DNA of 64,000 nucleotides. Source: Opitutales bacterium (lineage in GTDB: Bacteria > Verrucomicrobiota > Verrucomicrobiia > Opitutales > UBA2987). Both the position numbers and the translations under genes were made by a program. How positions within the stretch are numbered: position 1 is the stretch's first letter; every line of letters starts with the position of its first letter. Shown piece by piece: positions 1-9,599 of this stretch. The stretch spans positions 361,168-425,167 of the forward strand of contig CBDDEL010000010.1 in the NCBI GenBank assembly GCA_965226885.1, in the 5' to 3' direction. Under the pieces are notes generated by a model, which was not told the origin of the DNA, ran no database searches, and saw nothing but the letters and a program-made list of their open reading frames with translations.

Positions 1-837
1 GGGAACTTGCAGGAATTTTTCCATTTTATGCGGACGGACCGTCGGTTCTATTACCCAGAAACCGAGGAGGGCAAGCAGGCCTACCTGAGTGGGGCATCAG
101 CGGCCATCGACAGCATGAATGGGCGTCTGGGGGAAATGTTTTTGACTACACCAAAAGCCGAACTTGTAGTAAGGGCGGTTGAGGCTTTCCGCGAAAAATC
201 AGCTGGCAAGGCCTTTTATCGAAGACCGGCCATGGATGGCTCCCGCCCGGGCATCTATTATGCAAATCTACGAACAATGGCCGATATGCCGACCTACCAA
301 ATGGATGCCCTCGCTTTCCACGAAGGAGTTCCCGGACATCATTTGCAAATTGCCATTGCCCAGGAGGCGGAGGACATCCCGGATTTTCGCCGGCACACCC
401 ACTACACCGCATTTACTGAAGGCTGGGGGCTCTACAGCGAATTACTTCCCCTTGAGTTCGGGTTTTACAAAGATCCCTATTCCAATTTTGGGCGCCTCGC
501 CATGGAGATTTGGAGAGCGGCAAGACTGGTTGTAGACACCGGTATTCACGCAAAAAAATGGACCCGCCAACAAGCCATCGATTACTTGATCGAGAACACA
601 CCCAATCCCGAGGGCGACTGCGTTCATGCCATCAATCGTTATATCGTTATGCCATCGCAGGCTACCGCCTACAAAATCGGCATGATGAAAATTCTCGAAC
701 TGCGCGAATGGTCAAAAGAACAACTGGGCGATCAATTCAACATACGGGAGTTTCACGAACTGGTCCTCATCGGCGGTCCCATGCCTCTCAACCTGCTCCA
801 AAAGCAAGTGCAAGAATGGGTCGATTCAAAAAATTAA
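1..837 (+). CDS. DUF885-family protein, C-terminal part (5' end lies outside the window)
   Basis: Frame is open from base 1. HEGVPGHHLQ motif and downstream region look like DUF885 (metallopeptidase-like) proteins. The stop at 835-837 abuts an IS relic. Confidence 0.6.
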   Translation, partial: GNLQEFFHFMRTDRRFYYPETEEGKQAYLSGASAAIDSMNGRLGEMFLTTPKAELVVRAVEAFREKSAGKAFYRRPAMDGSRPGIYYANLRTMADMPTYQMDALAFHEGVPGHHLQIAIAQEAEDIPDFRRHTHYTAFTEGWGLYSELLPLEFGFYKDPYSNFGRLAMEIWRAARLVVDTGIHAKKWTRQQAIDYLIENTPNPEGDCVHAINRYIVMPSQATAYKIGMMKILELREWSKEQLGDQFNIREFHELVLIGGPMPLNLLQKQVQEWVDSKN

Positions 838-991
838 AATCAACCTGCGCTCAGCGGCTTATTACACTTGTCAACTGTAGCTCTATTGGATTACCTTTTG
901 TCATCGCTGATATTGCATTATATGTTTAATCTATCCTGTTGCATATTAGCTGTTAAATATATCAGCGATCCTTCTTTTACGAATTTTCCAG
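838..991 (-). mobile_element. Relic (~155 bp) of the left end of a diverged IS1380-family element
   Basis: Aligns by eye at ~75% identity to the left arm of IS type A (ttgtcaactgtagct..ccttttgtcatcgctgatattgc..), including the first transposase codons. Ends in ..ttttccagg followed by CTAG, mirroring ..atatccggg + YTAR in type A. Confidence 0.6.
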
Positions 992-998
992 GCTAGCG

Positions 999-2636
999 AT
1001 GTTGCGAACCAGCGGAACCTACGAAGAACTCTACAGTTCCTTCAAATGGGAAATACCAGAGTTTTACAACATCGGGGTGGACGTATGTGACAAGTGGGCG
1101 CGCCAACGAAATCGGCTTGCCCTGATTTATGAGAACCGTAAGGGAGATGTGGAGCGCTTCACTTTCCGGTACCTCGCCAAGTTGTCAAACCAGCTCGCAA
1201 ATGGGCTCGTGGCGCACCGCGCGGGAAAAGGTGACCGCATAGCTCTGCTCTTGTCCCAGAGTCCGGAAATAGCCGTCGCGCACATAGCGGTCTATAAAAT
1301 AGGGGCCATAGCGCTCCCCCTTTTTACCCTCTTCGGGGTGGATGCGCTTCGCTACCGCCTGTCCAACAGCGATGCAAAGGTGATCATCACGGATGGGGCC
1401 AATCTTTCCAAGATCCTGGAAATAAGGGAAATCCTACCTAACCTCGAAGCCGTGATTGTTGTGAACGGTGAAAGACCGGATGGAGTGCTGGATTTTTGGG
1501 ATATCGTCGAGAAAGGATCGGCAAGGTTTGAACCGGTAAACTCTAGAGCAGACGATCCGGCCCTGATCAGTTACACCTCGGGAACCACCGGACCGCCGAA
1601 AGGTGCGTTGCATGCCCATCGCACCCTGCTCGGTCATCTTCCCGGCGTGGAGTTTCCTCACAACTTCTTTCCCAAGCAAGATGATCTATTCTGGACGCCC
1701 GCCGATTGGTCATGGATAGGCGGGCTTTTCGATGTGCTTTTTCCAAGCTGGCATCATGGCATCCCCGTAGTAGCTCGTAGTATCCGGAAATTTGATCCGG
1801 AAGAAGCGTTTCATTTCATTGCAAAATATGGAATCAGAAACATATTCATGCCGCCGACGGCGTTGAAGATGATGAGGCAGGTGGAAGATCCCGCCAGCCG
1901 TTACGATTTCGATATCAGGACCATCGGGAGCGGGGGTGAGTCACTCGGTGCGCAGCTTCTGAACTGGGGCCGGGAAACGATGGGCGTAACGATCAATGAG
2001 TTCTACGGACAAACGGAAGTCAATCTTGTCGTCGGTTCCTGTTCAGAGGTAATGGTTCCGCGACCCGGCTCGATGGGCCGGGCGATCCCCGGTCACAAGG
2101 TTGAAGTGCTTGACGGTGCCGGTAATTCCGTAGCGCCGGGCGTGGTGGGAGAAATTGCCGTTCAACGCCCTGATCCTGTAATGTTTTTGGAGTACTGGCG
2201 AAACCGTGAGGCGACGGTAGGTAAGTTCATCGGGGACTGGTGTCTTACCGGCGATTTGGCACGGCGCGATGAGGACGGATACTTCTGGTTCGTGGGCCGC
2301 AAAGATGATATAATTACAAGTTCGGGTTACCGTATGGGACCTGCCGAGATCGAAGATTGCCTTATGAAACATCCTGCTGTCGGTATGGTTGCGGTAATAG
2401 GCCGCCCCGACGAGGTCCGAACCGAAGTGGTCAAAGCGTTCATCGTTCCGAAATCCAGCGTTAGGCCGGACGGAGCGTTAAAGAAAAAGATAAAGGAGTT
2501 CGTGAAACTTCGCTTGGCGGCACACGAATACCCTCGCGAAATTGAGTTTGTAAACGAGCTTCCCCTTACCGCCACGGGCAAAATCATGAGGCGGGTGCTG
2601 AAAGAACGGGAAATAAGGAAAGCGGAGAAGCCGTAA
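999..2636 (+). CDS. AMP-dependent acyl-CoA synthetase/ligase
   Basis: 545-aa ORF with the AMP-binding signature YTSGTTGPPKG, a GYRMGPAEIE hinge and a C-terminal ..TATGKIMR lysine motif. Confidence 0.85.
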   Translation: MLRTSGTYEELYSSFKWEIPEFYNIGVDVCDKWARQRNRLALIYENRKGDVERFTFRYLAKLSNQLANGLVAHRAGKGDRIALLLSQSPEIAVAHIAVYKIGAIALPLFTLFGVDALRYRLSNSDAKVIITDGANLSKILEIREILPNLEAVIVVNGERPDGVLDFWDIVEKGSARFEPVNSRADDPALISYTSGTTGPPKGALHAHRTLLGHLPGVEFPHNFFPKQDDLFWTPADWSWIGGLFDVLFPSWHHGIPVVARSIRKFDPEEAFHFIAKYGIRNIFMPPTALKMMRQVEDPASRYDFDIRTIGSGGESLGAQLLNWGRETMGVTINEFYGQTEVNLVVGSCSEVMVPRPGSMGRAIPGHKVEVLDGAGNSVAPGVVGEIAVQRPDPVMFLEYWRNREATVGKFIGDWCLTGDLARRDEDGYFWFVGRKDDIITSSGYRMGPAEIEDCLMKHPAVGMVAVIGRPDEVRTEVVKAFIVPKSSVRPDGALKKKIKEFVKLRLAAHEYPREIEFVNELPLTATGKIMRRVLKEREIRKAEKP

Positions 2637-2933
2637 GGTTTGCCTGGAACGACCCCGAAATCGGCAATAACATTTGGCAGGCAGAAACGCCCTATTTCTT
2701 CAAAATCGTTTCCACAAGCCCTTCCCAGTATGAGGCGCCCATAACCAGGATCTCATCATTGAAGTCGTAGGTTGGCGTGTGGACCCTGCATTCGCTTTCC
2801 GTAGATCCACCACCGAGCCAAATGTAGCAGCCCGGCTTCTCTTCCAGCATGAAGGCAAAATCCTCCGATCCATTGCGGGGGGGCGCATCACAATCAACAT
2901 TTTCCTCTCCGACAATTTCCGCGGCGGCCTTAG

Positions 2934-4506
2934 CCCGGATATTTCATGAAGGGTAAAGTTTGGCTCGTTATTGCTATTGGAGATGGAGATGGATTTCTTT
3001 GTATTTTGAGCAGATCGTCTTGATTTTTAGGTGTTTTTCAGGGTGTAGAGACACTGCCCCCTTTCCCCCATTGGTTCGGTAGTGCCGGGGGCAGCACCAA
3101 TGCACCCTTTAGGTTGGCACCAATCGGCGGGCCGCATGGTTGAAAAGACTGGCCCAAGGATAACTCTCACTTAGGTGAAAGTGAATCGTTCGGGTGTTGC
3201 GCACGATGACCGCTCCGATCTTGATTAATTTGAGCCGCAGGGTGTGGCATTGGGCCCGCGCCCACTTCGTCCCTTTTAAGGCTAGCCGGCGCATGGCTTC
3301 CATCAAGGTGTAGGCCAGCGCCGACAAGAGCAATCGCCACTGATTGGCCCACCATTGATGGGCGCTGGTGCGCTCGCTGAACAATTGCATCTGTTCCTTG
3401 ATTCGGTTCTCCATTTCACCGCGGCCACAGTATACCTTGTCGTAAAGCTCCTGGGGATCGCCCGGCAGGTTCGTCACCACGAAGCGCGGGTTGGACCCCT
3501 GTGCGGTGTGTTCGGCTTTATGGATGACCAACCGCAGCCATCGCCACGAATCGGCAGCATAGACGAAGTCCTGGAATAACCGTTGTTTTTTACCCCTTAG
3601 TTCGAACCATTCTTTGGCCTGCTTTTGCAACTGCTGGGCGTCTTGCTGCAAGCGTGCATTGCGAGCCATCCCCACGATGTAACTAACTTCGTTGCGGTCG
3701 CACCAAGAGAGTATCCGGTCTCGACAAAATCCACTGTCGGCGCGCCAAATAATCCGCGTACGGGGCCAGCTTTGGCGAATCCGTTTAACCAGCAATTTGA
3801 GGATGGCCCCGGCATGCTTGCTGGCATCGATCTTGCTCGGCCGCAGGTAGGCCACCAGCAGCTGATCACCGCAAAAAACATATAGCGGCAGAAAACAGTA
3901 ATGATCATAATAACCGTGGAAAAAACGTCCCTCCTGGAGCCCGTGCACCGGATTGTCGGTGGCGTCAAAGTCCAGGATGATCTCTTCGGGTTCCTCGGCA
4001 AAGGAGCCCATGAACTGTTCGACCAACAGCTCGTTTACCGCAAAGGCCGCCCGCCGATCCTGCCCGTTTTCAAAACGACACAAAGTCGGCGCGCTGGCCA
4101 ACGTTTCAATGCGCCCCGTTACCGTTTGCAACAATGGATCGTGGCGCAGGGTATCAAAGTCGTTCAAATCCTCATAGCCCGCCACCAGCCCGTAAACGCG
4201 CTGCCGCAGCATCCCCAATACCTCATGGCGTACTTTGCCCTTCTGCCGTTTGTCCACTAACTGTCGGGCCGCTCGTTCGGTCAAGCCCAACTGCCGATCC
4301 ACTTCCCGGATCAAAAGCAGTCCGGCATCCGAAGTAACCTCTCCGCCCTTGAAATCAACCCGCACACGGCGGCCTTTTACCCTTGTCAACTGTAGCTTTA
4401 ATTGTTTACCTTTTGTCATCGCTGATATTGCTTTAATTATTGATCTATCCTGCTGTATATCAGCAGTTAAGCATATCAACGATACTTTTTTTACGAAATA
4501 TCCGGG
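2934..4506 (-). mobile_element. IS1380-family IS, type A, copy A1 (1573 bp), intact
   Basis: Terminal inverted repeats CCCGGATATTTC. 4-bp direct repeat TTAG at 2930-2933 and 4507-4510. Carries a private 6-bp tandem duplication (ggagatggagatgg) near 2980. Confidence 0.9.
3109..4479 (-). CDS. IS1380-family DDE transposase
   Basis: 456-aa track ORF. The N-terminal GGEVTSDAGLLLIREVDRQLGL block is typical of IS1380-family transposases. The track start is a TTG in the leader; the ATG giving MTKGKQLKLQ 20 codons downstream is more likely. Confidence 0.9.
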   Translation of the reverse strand: MICLTADIQQDRSIIKAISAMTKGKQLKLQLTRVKGRRVRVDFKGGEVTSDAGLLLIREVDRQLGLTERAARQLVDKRQKGKVRHEVLGMLRQRVYGLVAGYEDLNDFDTLRHDPLLQTVTGRIETLASAPTLCRFENGQDRRAAFAVNELLVEQFMGSFAEEPEEIILDFDATDNPVHGLQEGRFFHGYYDHYCFLPLYVFCGDQLLVAYLRPSKIDASKHAGAILKLLVKRIRQSWPRTRIIWRADSGFCRDRILSWCDRNEVSYIVGMARNARLQQDAQQLQKQAKEWFELRGKKQRLFQDFVYAADSWRWLRLVIHKAEHTAQGSNPRFVVTNLPGDPQELYDKVYCGRGEMENRIKEQMQLFSERTSAHQWWANQWRLLLSALAYTLMEAMRRLALKGTKWARAQCHTLRLKLIKIGAVIVRNTRTIHFHLSESYPWASLFNHAARRLVPT

Positions 4507-6129
4507 TTAGCGGCGATCGCTGTCTCGTTCCGGGTGTTTCTTGTTACCGGGTATCCGGGATCTTCAGGATTAAATCTGACCGTGCCTGTTACGTCGAATC
4601 CGCGACTTACGTAATCTACAATCTCGCTGATACGATCGTGAGCCTTCTTTCTAACCTCAGGGTCGAAACACCGTACCGTTCCCCGCAAGATCACTAATTC
4701 CGGTATAACGTTCCAGGTATTGCCCCCGTGTATCTGAGTTAAACTGATGACTACAGTATCCAGGGGATTGGTATTCCGGCTCACGACCGTTTGCAACGCA
4801 CCCACGACTTGGCAGGAAGCCACAATCGGGTCTCTTCCCTCCTGTGGCATGGCCGCGTGGCATCCCGCCCCTCTTATTTCTATTTCAAAGTTATCCATCG
4901 ATGCCATGACTGGCCCGGTTCTTACTCCAAACCGTCCCGCCGGTATATCGGGTATGTTGTGCATGCCGTAAACTTCTTCCGCGGGAAATTTCCTGAACAA
5001 GCCATCGTCGATCATCTTCTTCCCTCCGCCCCGTACTTCCTCCGCGGGTTGGAAAATAAAATACACGGTCCCATCGAAACGTTTCGTGTCGGACAGGTAT
5101 CTGGCCGCACCCAGGAGCATGGCTGTGTGCCCATCATGACCACAGGCGTGCATCTTGCCATCAATCTTTGATTTATAGGGGACAGTGTTCCGTTCCTGGA
5201 TGGCCAGCGCATCTATATCCGCTCGCAGAGCTATCTTCCTCTCACTACTGCCTGCTTTCAGGGTGGCAACAACTCCGGTCTTCCCCAGTCCTTCGTCAAC
5301 CGGAAGTTGAAAGCTTCTCAAATGGTCCGCGATGAATTTTGCCGTATCGGTTTCTTCAAAAGCGATTTCCGGATATTGATGCAAATGATGGCGCCATTTC
5401 CGCATTTTCCCATCCATCAGCAGTATTTTTTCGTTTACCGGCATTTTTTTTCCAATCGAATTGTCAATAGTTGCGACGGACCTTGAGCATGCCCTGCCCG
5501 CGACACCATCCGCAGGTTCATACAACCGTCTGGTCAATCCTCGTAAAGCTTAAAAAGCGCTTGCGCGCCGTAATTCTCGCCACCCGAGGCGGCCAATTGA
5601 TCATACAGACCTTTCGCCAGTTCAAGACCGGGTAGAGCCAACCCCAACTTATCGGCCGAGGCGATGGCAATTGTCAGGTCTTTGATGAAGTGTTTTACAA
5701 AAAAGCCCGGCCCAAAATTGCCTTGCAGGAAGTGCGGGGCGGCATGGCTCAGGATCACACTGCCGGCGGCTCCGTTCTTGATGCAGGCGATCACTTTCAT
5801 CGCATCAAGCCCCCCTCGGCGCGCATAAGCCATCGCCTCCGAAACGCCCACCATGTTCGCGGCGATGGCGATTTGATTACTCATCTTGGTGTGCTGACCG
5901 GCACCCGCGGAACCCATTAATCCAATATTGCCGCCCATCCTCTTGAATATCGGAAGCATCCCATCGAAAGCCTCCTGATCGCCCCCTACCATGATTGCGA
6001 GGCGCGCCTCGCGCGCGCCAATATCCCCACCCGAAACGGGAGCATCGAGGGAGGCAACTCTCTTCATATGCGCTTCCCGAAAAATGCGGACCGCCAGTTC
6101 AGGGCTCGACGTTGTCATATCAATAACTA

Positions 6130-7964
6130 GAGGCTGTCCCAAAAATATAAAGATTTTATAGTCAACTGGATGACGTTGATAAAAAGAGCCGGAAAGAGCA
6201 AGTTTTTGCTCGATCCGGCCAAAAAAGGGTTCTATAATTGAGTTAGCGAAAATCAATATAGCCCTTTCTATGAAAATAGCCCTTTCTATGGAAAATATAG
6301 CCATCCAATGCCTCCTGCGTCCAGCTTTAACTGTGGTCGACCGGTGCCTCGATTACGATAACTTCCGCGCCACCATTGATCGAATCGCTCGGCTGCTGAT
6401 CGACTCGGAGGTGGAATCGCAGGCCATTGAGCTGGCCTTGGAGGGGTGGCCGCCAATGGGTCTAAAGGTCCGGCGGCAGCGGGCCAGTTTTGCCATCAAG
6501 GCACTGCGCATGGATACGCTGGGCCGTCTGCTCGGAGGGATTTCGTTTCGGCATTTGTCGCGGGCTCTGGGCAGCAGCGATCTGTTGGCCGACTTTTGCC
6601 GTGTCCGGCAGATCGATGGCATCAGGGGCATCTCCAAAAGCACCCTGGAGCGGGCCTCGAAGTTTTTCAGCGAAGAGCAGTTGAGGGCCTTGCACCGGAC
6701 CTTGACTGAGGTGGTGGGCGATGCCCTTCTGGCCCGGCAGGTGGTATTGGACAAGCCGATTGACACCACCATTTGCCTGATCGACGGCACCTGTTTGGAG
6801 GCTAACATTCATTGGCCGACGGACTGGGTATTACTCAAGGATGTAGCCGGCACGTTGCTCAAAGCGATCCGGCTGATCCGCGAGAAGGCCGGTGTGCGCC
6901 ATCGCATGCCGATCGAACCGGAGCCCTTGGCTCGGCAGATGAATCGGCTGTGCATACAGATGACCCACAGCCGGCGGCGAAAGGACAGCGCGCGGCAGCG
7001 CAAGGGTATCTTGAGGCAGATGAAAAAGCTGCTCAAACGGATCGGGGAGCATGCCCGCAGTCACCGGGAATTATTGCAAGCCTGCTGGGAGCAAAGCGAT
7101 TACAGCGAAAAACAGGTCCAACAGATCCTCGCCCGGATGGAGCGCATGAGCGAGCAAATCCCGGTGGTCATCAAACAGGCGCACGAGCGGATCATTGGCG
7201 GCCGCCAGGTGAAAAACGCAGAGAAAGTCTTGAGTGTTTACGAACTCGATGGGCAGGTGATTGTGCGAGGTAAAGCGGGCCAAGAGGTCGAGTTCGGCAA
7301 CACCCTGTTTTTGGGAGAAAGCGTTGAAGGGTACCTGCTGGACTGGAAACTCTACGGCAGCCGAACTCCAAGCGAAAATGAACAAATGCAAGAGAGTTTG
7401 CAAAGACAGAACCGCTTCAACCTGGAAGAACCCATAGCGGCCATGTGCGCGGACCGGGGATTTGCCTCCCAGCGGGCCCGCCGGCAGTTAGCCCAGGAGG
7501 GAATCTACGACGCGCTCTGTCCACGCGATCCGAAGCAGTTGAAAAAACGGATGGAGGAACCACTGTTCAGGCAATTGCAAAAGCGCCGGGCCAGCACCGA
7601 AGGGCGGATCGGGGTATTGAAGAATCGCTGGCAGGCCGGGCGGTTGCGCAGCAAAGGCTTTGCCAACCGCTCGATCAGCGTAGCCTGGTCGGTACTCTCG
7701 CACAACCTATGGAAAGTAGCCAAGATGCTGGCCCAGCAAGACGAACTAAAAACCAAAGCGGCGGCCTAGAGAGCGGAAAAGCAAGGACAATACTTTTTCA
7801 CAGCCGTACTGTCGGCTCATACAAAGAAAACCAGGCAACCGGACCCCAGAACCAGTATCCTAACGTCATAGGAGAGCAAAGTTGATACTCTCCCAAATGC
7901 AAATACCTCTAAAATGAGCGCCTATCAAAAGCCCTCGCAAAAATCACCCTTTTGGGACAGCCTC
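6130..7964 (+). mobile_element. IS4/IS5-superfamily IS, type C, copy C1 (1835 bp)
   Basis: Inverted termini GAGGCTGTCCCAAAA / TTTTGGGACAGCCTC. 6-bp direct repeat TAACTA at 6124-6129 and 7965-7970. Confidence 0.85.
6270..7769 (+). CDS. DDE transposase of IS type C (IS4/IS5 superfamily; exact family not resolved)
   Basis: 499-aa ORF with IDGTCLEANIHWPTDWVLLKD, ADRGF and RASTEGRIGVLKNRW blocks, resembling the DDE and Y-R-E-K regions of IS4/IS5-type transposases. Three near-identical copies in the window. Confidence 0.8.
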   Translation: MKIALSMENIAIQCLLRPALTVVDRCLDYDNFRATIDRIARLLIDSEVESQAIELALEGWPPMGLKVRRQRASFAIKALRMDTLGRLLGGISFRHLSRALGSSDLLADFCRVRQIDGIRGISKSTLERASKFFSEEQLRALHRTLTEVVGDALLARQVVLDKPIDTTICLIDGTCLEANIHWPTDWVLLKDVAGTLLKAIRLIREKAGVRHRMPIEPEPLARQMNRLCIQMTHSRRRKDSARQRKGILRQMKKLLKRIGEHARSHRELLQACWEQSDYSEKQVQQILARMERMSEQIPVVIKQAHERIIGGRQVKNAEKVLSVYELDGQVIVRGKAGQEVEFGNTLFLGESVEGYLLDWKLYGSRTPSENEQMQESLQRQNRFNLEEPIAAMCADRGFASQRARRQLAQEGIYDALCPRDPKQLKKRMEEPLFRQLQKRRASTEGRIGVLKNRWQAGRLRSKGFANRSISVAWSVLSHNLWKVAKMLAQQDELKTKAAA

Positions 7965-8441
7965 TAACTACCGAACCAGAACGCACACAATTCAGAATAC
8001 CGCTGGGTTCCAGATAAATCGACTCCACATCCTTGGGAAAGCCTACCATGGTGATAACAACATCGGATTTCGCAGCAATCTCTCCGACTGTGTCGCACCA
8101 GATCGCGCCTTTTCCAACGAGAGCATCCGCGCGTTCCTTTGTTTGGTTATAGACGTTCAGTGGGTGCCCAGCCTTAAGCAGGTGTTCTGCCATCGGCAGG
8201 CCCATAATTCCAGTTCCAATGAATCCGACTGTTTCCACGATGAGTAAATTAATACTGTGTGGCGATCCTTGAATCCCTGTCCGACCGTGTCAATCCACTA
8301 AGCCGCGCGGTGATGAGGATGTCATCGCTTTGCGTTCTGAACAGGGCATCTGCCTGACTCACCGCACAATTTTTTGCATTTTACTTCAACTCTTTTTCCG
8401 GTAAGCATGCATTCTGTAAACTCAGAAAAGAAAGAATACTC

Positions 8442-9227
8442 ATGCCAAAAATAAGACCGAACAGGGTGAAAGAAAAGCTCGCCCAGGGAGAAAATGCTTA
8501 CATTATCACCGGACTCACTCATTCCGATGATATTGATGCCATCGGGCCCATCGGAATCGACGCCGTTTGGTTGGAGGGAGAGCATGGAGCCGTCGATCCG
8601 GCCGATCTCGGAAATCTCACGCGAGCCTGTGATATCTGGGGCATGACATCGATTGTGCGGGTTAACAAAAATGACCAGGCGCTGATCTACCGCACTCTGG
8701 ATCGCGGTGCTCAGGGAATCGTCGTGCCCCATGTAAACTCAAAAGAGGAAGCTCAGAATGTGGTCGATGGGGGCAAGTTTTCACCCCTCGGCAACCGGGG
8801 CATGTTTACCAGTCGTCAGGGCTACGGCGTCCCAAATTATTTCAAAGTTGCTAACGAAGAGACGCTCCTCATCGCCCTCATTGAGGATATCGTAGCGGTG
8901 CGGAACCTGGATGAAATATTGACCGTTGAAGAGATCGATGTATTCTTTATTGCTCCTGCTGACCTCGCAGCCTCCATGGGGCATATCGGAAACAAGTCGC
9001 ATCCCGATGTTCAGGAAACGATTGATTCGACCCTTTTGAAAATTGTCGCCGCAGGCAGAACCGTAGGAACAGTGGTCAACAATCAAAACGTATCAAAATA
9101 TGTTTCGGCCGGAGTCCGAGTATTGCTCACCAGTGTCAATAGCTGGATAGTCGACGGCGCGACCGAATTCATGAAGCGAGCGGAAAACACGCCGAACATA
9201 CTCATCAATGCAATGCCTAGCCATTAA
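8442..9227 (+). CDS. HpcH/HpaI-family aldolase
   Basis: 261-aa ORF. N-terminal KEKLAQGE..G, ..DAVWLEGEHG.. and ..RVNKNDQALIYRTLDRGAQGIVVPHVNSKEEA.. resemble 2-keto-3-deoxy-acid aldolases of the HpcH/HpaI family. The last few codons overlap the IS3-like relic. Confidence 0.8.
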   Translation: MPKIRPNRVKEKLAQGENAYIITGLTHSDDIDAIGPIGIDAVWLEGEHGAVDPADLGNLTRACDIWGMTSIVRVNKNDQALIYRTLDRGAQGIVVPHVNSKEEAQNVVDGGKFSPLGNRGMFTSRQGYGVPNYFKVANEETLLIALIEDIVAVRNLDEILTVEEIDVFFIAPADLAASMGHIGNKSHPDVQETIDSTLLKIVAAGRTVGTVVNNQNVSKYVSAGVRVLLTSVNSWIVDGATEFMKRAENTPNILINAMPSH

Positions 9228-9545
9228 GGTTGCGCTCTCACTCAAAAGTGCCGATGTGCTGTAGGTATTGAATGAAGTCATAATGGATCACTTTTAACCC
9301 GCCCGTTTCACTACCCACCTCAATGAGCCTGAGCGAGAATAAAAAATGGCCTCATCAAGTCCTTTCATAATCGCCTGCGCGATAAATGTCTCACCCAATA
9401 CATTTGCAGACTCTGGCCAACAATCAAAAAAACAGAGGCTGGCTCCATTCGACCTTCGGCCCACTCCGCCCCCCTGCAAAACCTACAGCAAAATTCACAC
9501 TTATAGTGGTAGTGAAGATGGGGTCCGACCATAAACATGGTGTTT
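9224..9545 (+). mobile_element. Degenerate, internally deleted relic related to the 3' half of IS3-family element G
   Basis: Three blocks match G by eye. 9224-9285 resembles 14097-14160, about 9358-9392 resembles 14301-14330, and 9395-9540 resembles 14440-14603 including the terminal ..gatggggtccga.. repeat. No intact ORF. Confidence 0.6.
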
Positions 9546-9599
9546 AGCGTTGCGCTCTTCGGCCCTGAAGAACAGAATCAATTGAAAAAGGAACCGTAA

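Larger units (their letters stand above)
2692..5537 (-). pseudogene. M20-family amidohydrolase (aminoacylase/hippurate-hydrolase-like) split by IS copy A1
   Basis: The 5' part (4507-5537) has HACGHDGH and other M20D-like motifs. I translated the 3' part (2692-2933) as AKAAAEIVGEENV..GSEDFAFMLEEKPGCYIWLGGG..VHTPTYDFNDEILVMGASYWEGLVETILKK*. Removing the IS and one TTAG copy rejoins the frame (..ETAIAAKAAAEIVG..). Confidence 0.85.
5534..8238 (-). pseudogene. NAD(P)-dependent beta-hydroxyacid dehydrogenase (3-hydroxyisobutyrate/tartronate-semialdehyde reductase family) split by IS copy C1
   Basis: N-terminal Rossmann part GFIGTGIMGLPMAEHL at 7971-8238. C-terminal part (..DAPVSGG..GAGQHTKMSNQ..) at 5534-6123. 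Removing the IS and one TAACTA copy gives in-frame ..VRSGSVVIDMTTSSPEL.. Confidence 0.85.

Noticed and set aside
3355-4510. The many 60-135-aa ORFs on alternate frames or the opposite strand inside type A copies (e.g. 3597-4001, 3901-4260, 4235-4510 and their repeats at 17.1-18.5, 34.0-34.7, 43.1-44.0 and 63.3-63.8 kb).
   Set aside because: They overlap the well-supported transposase gene, have no recognisable motifs, and recur only because the IS recurs.
8322-8732. A 136-aa minus-strand ORF overlapping the start of the HpcH aldolase gene.
   Set aside because: It is antisense to a motif-supported gene and has no recognisable domain.
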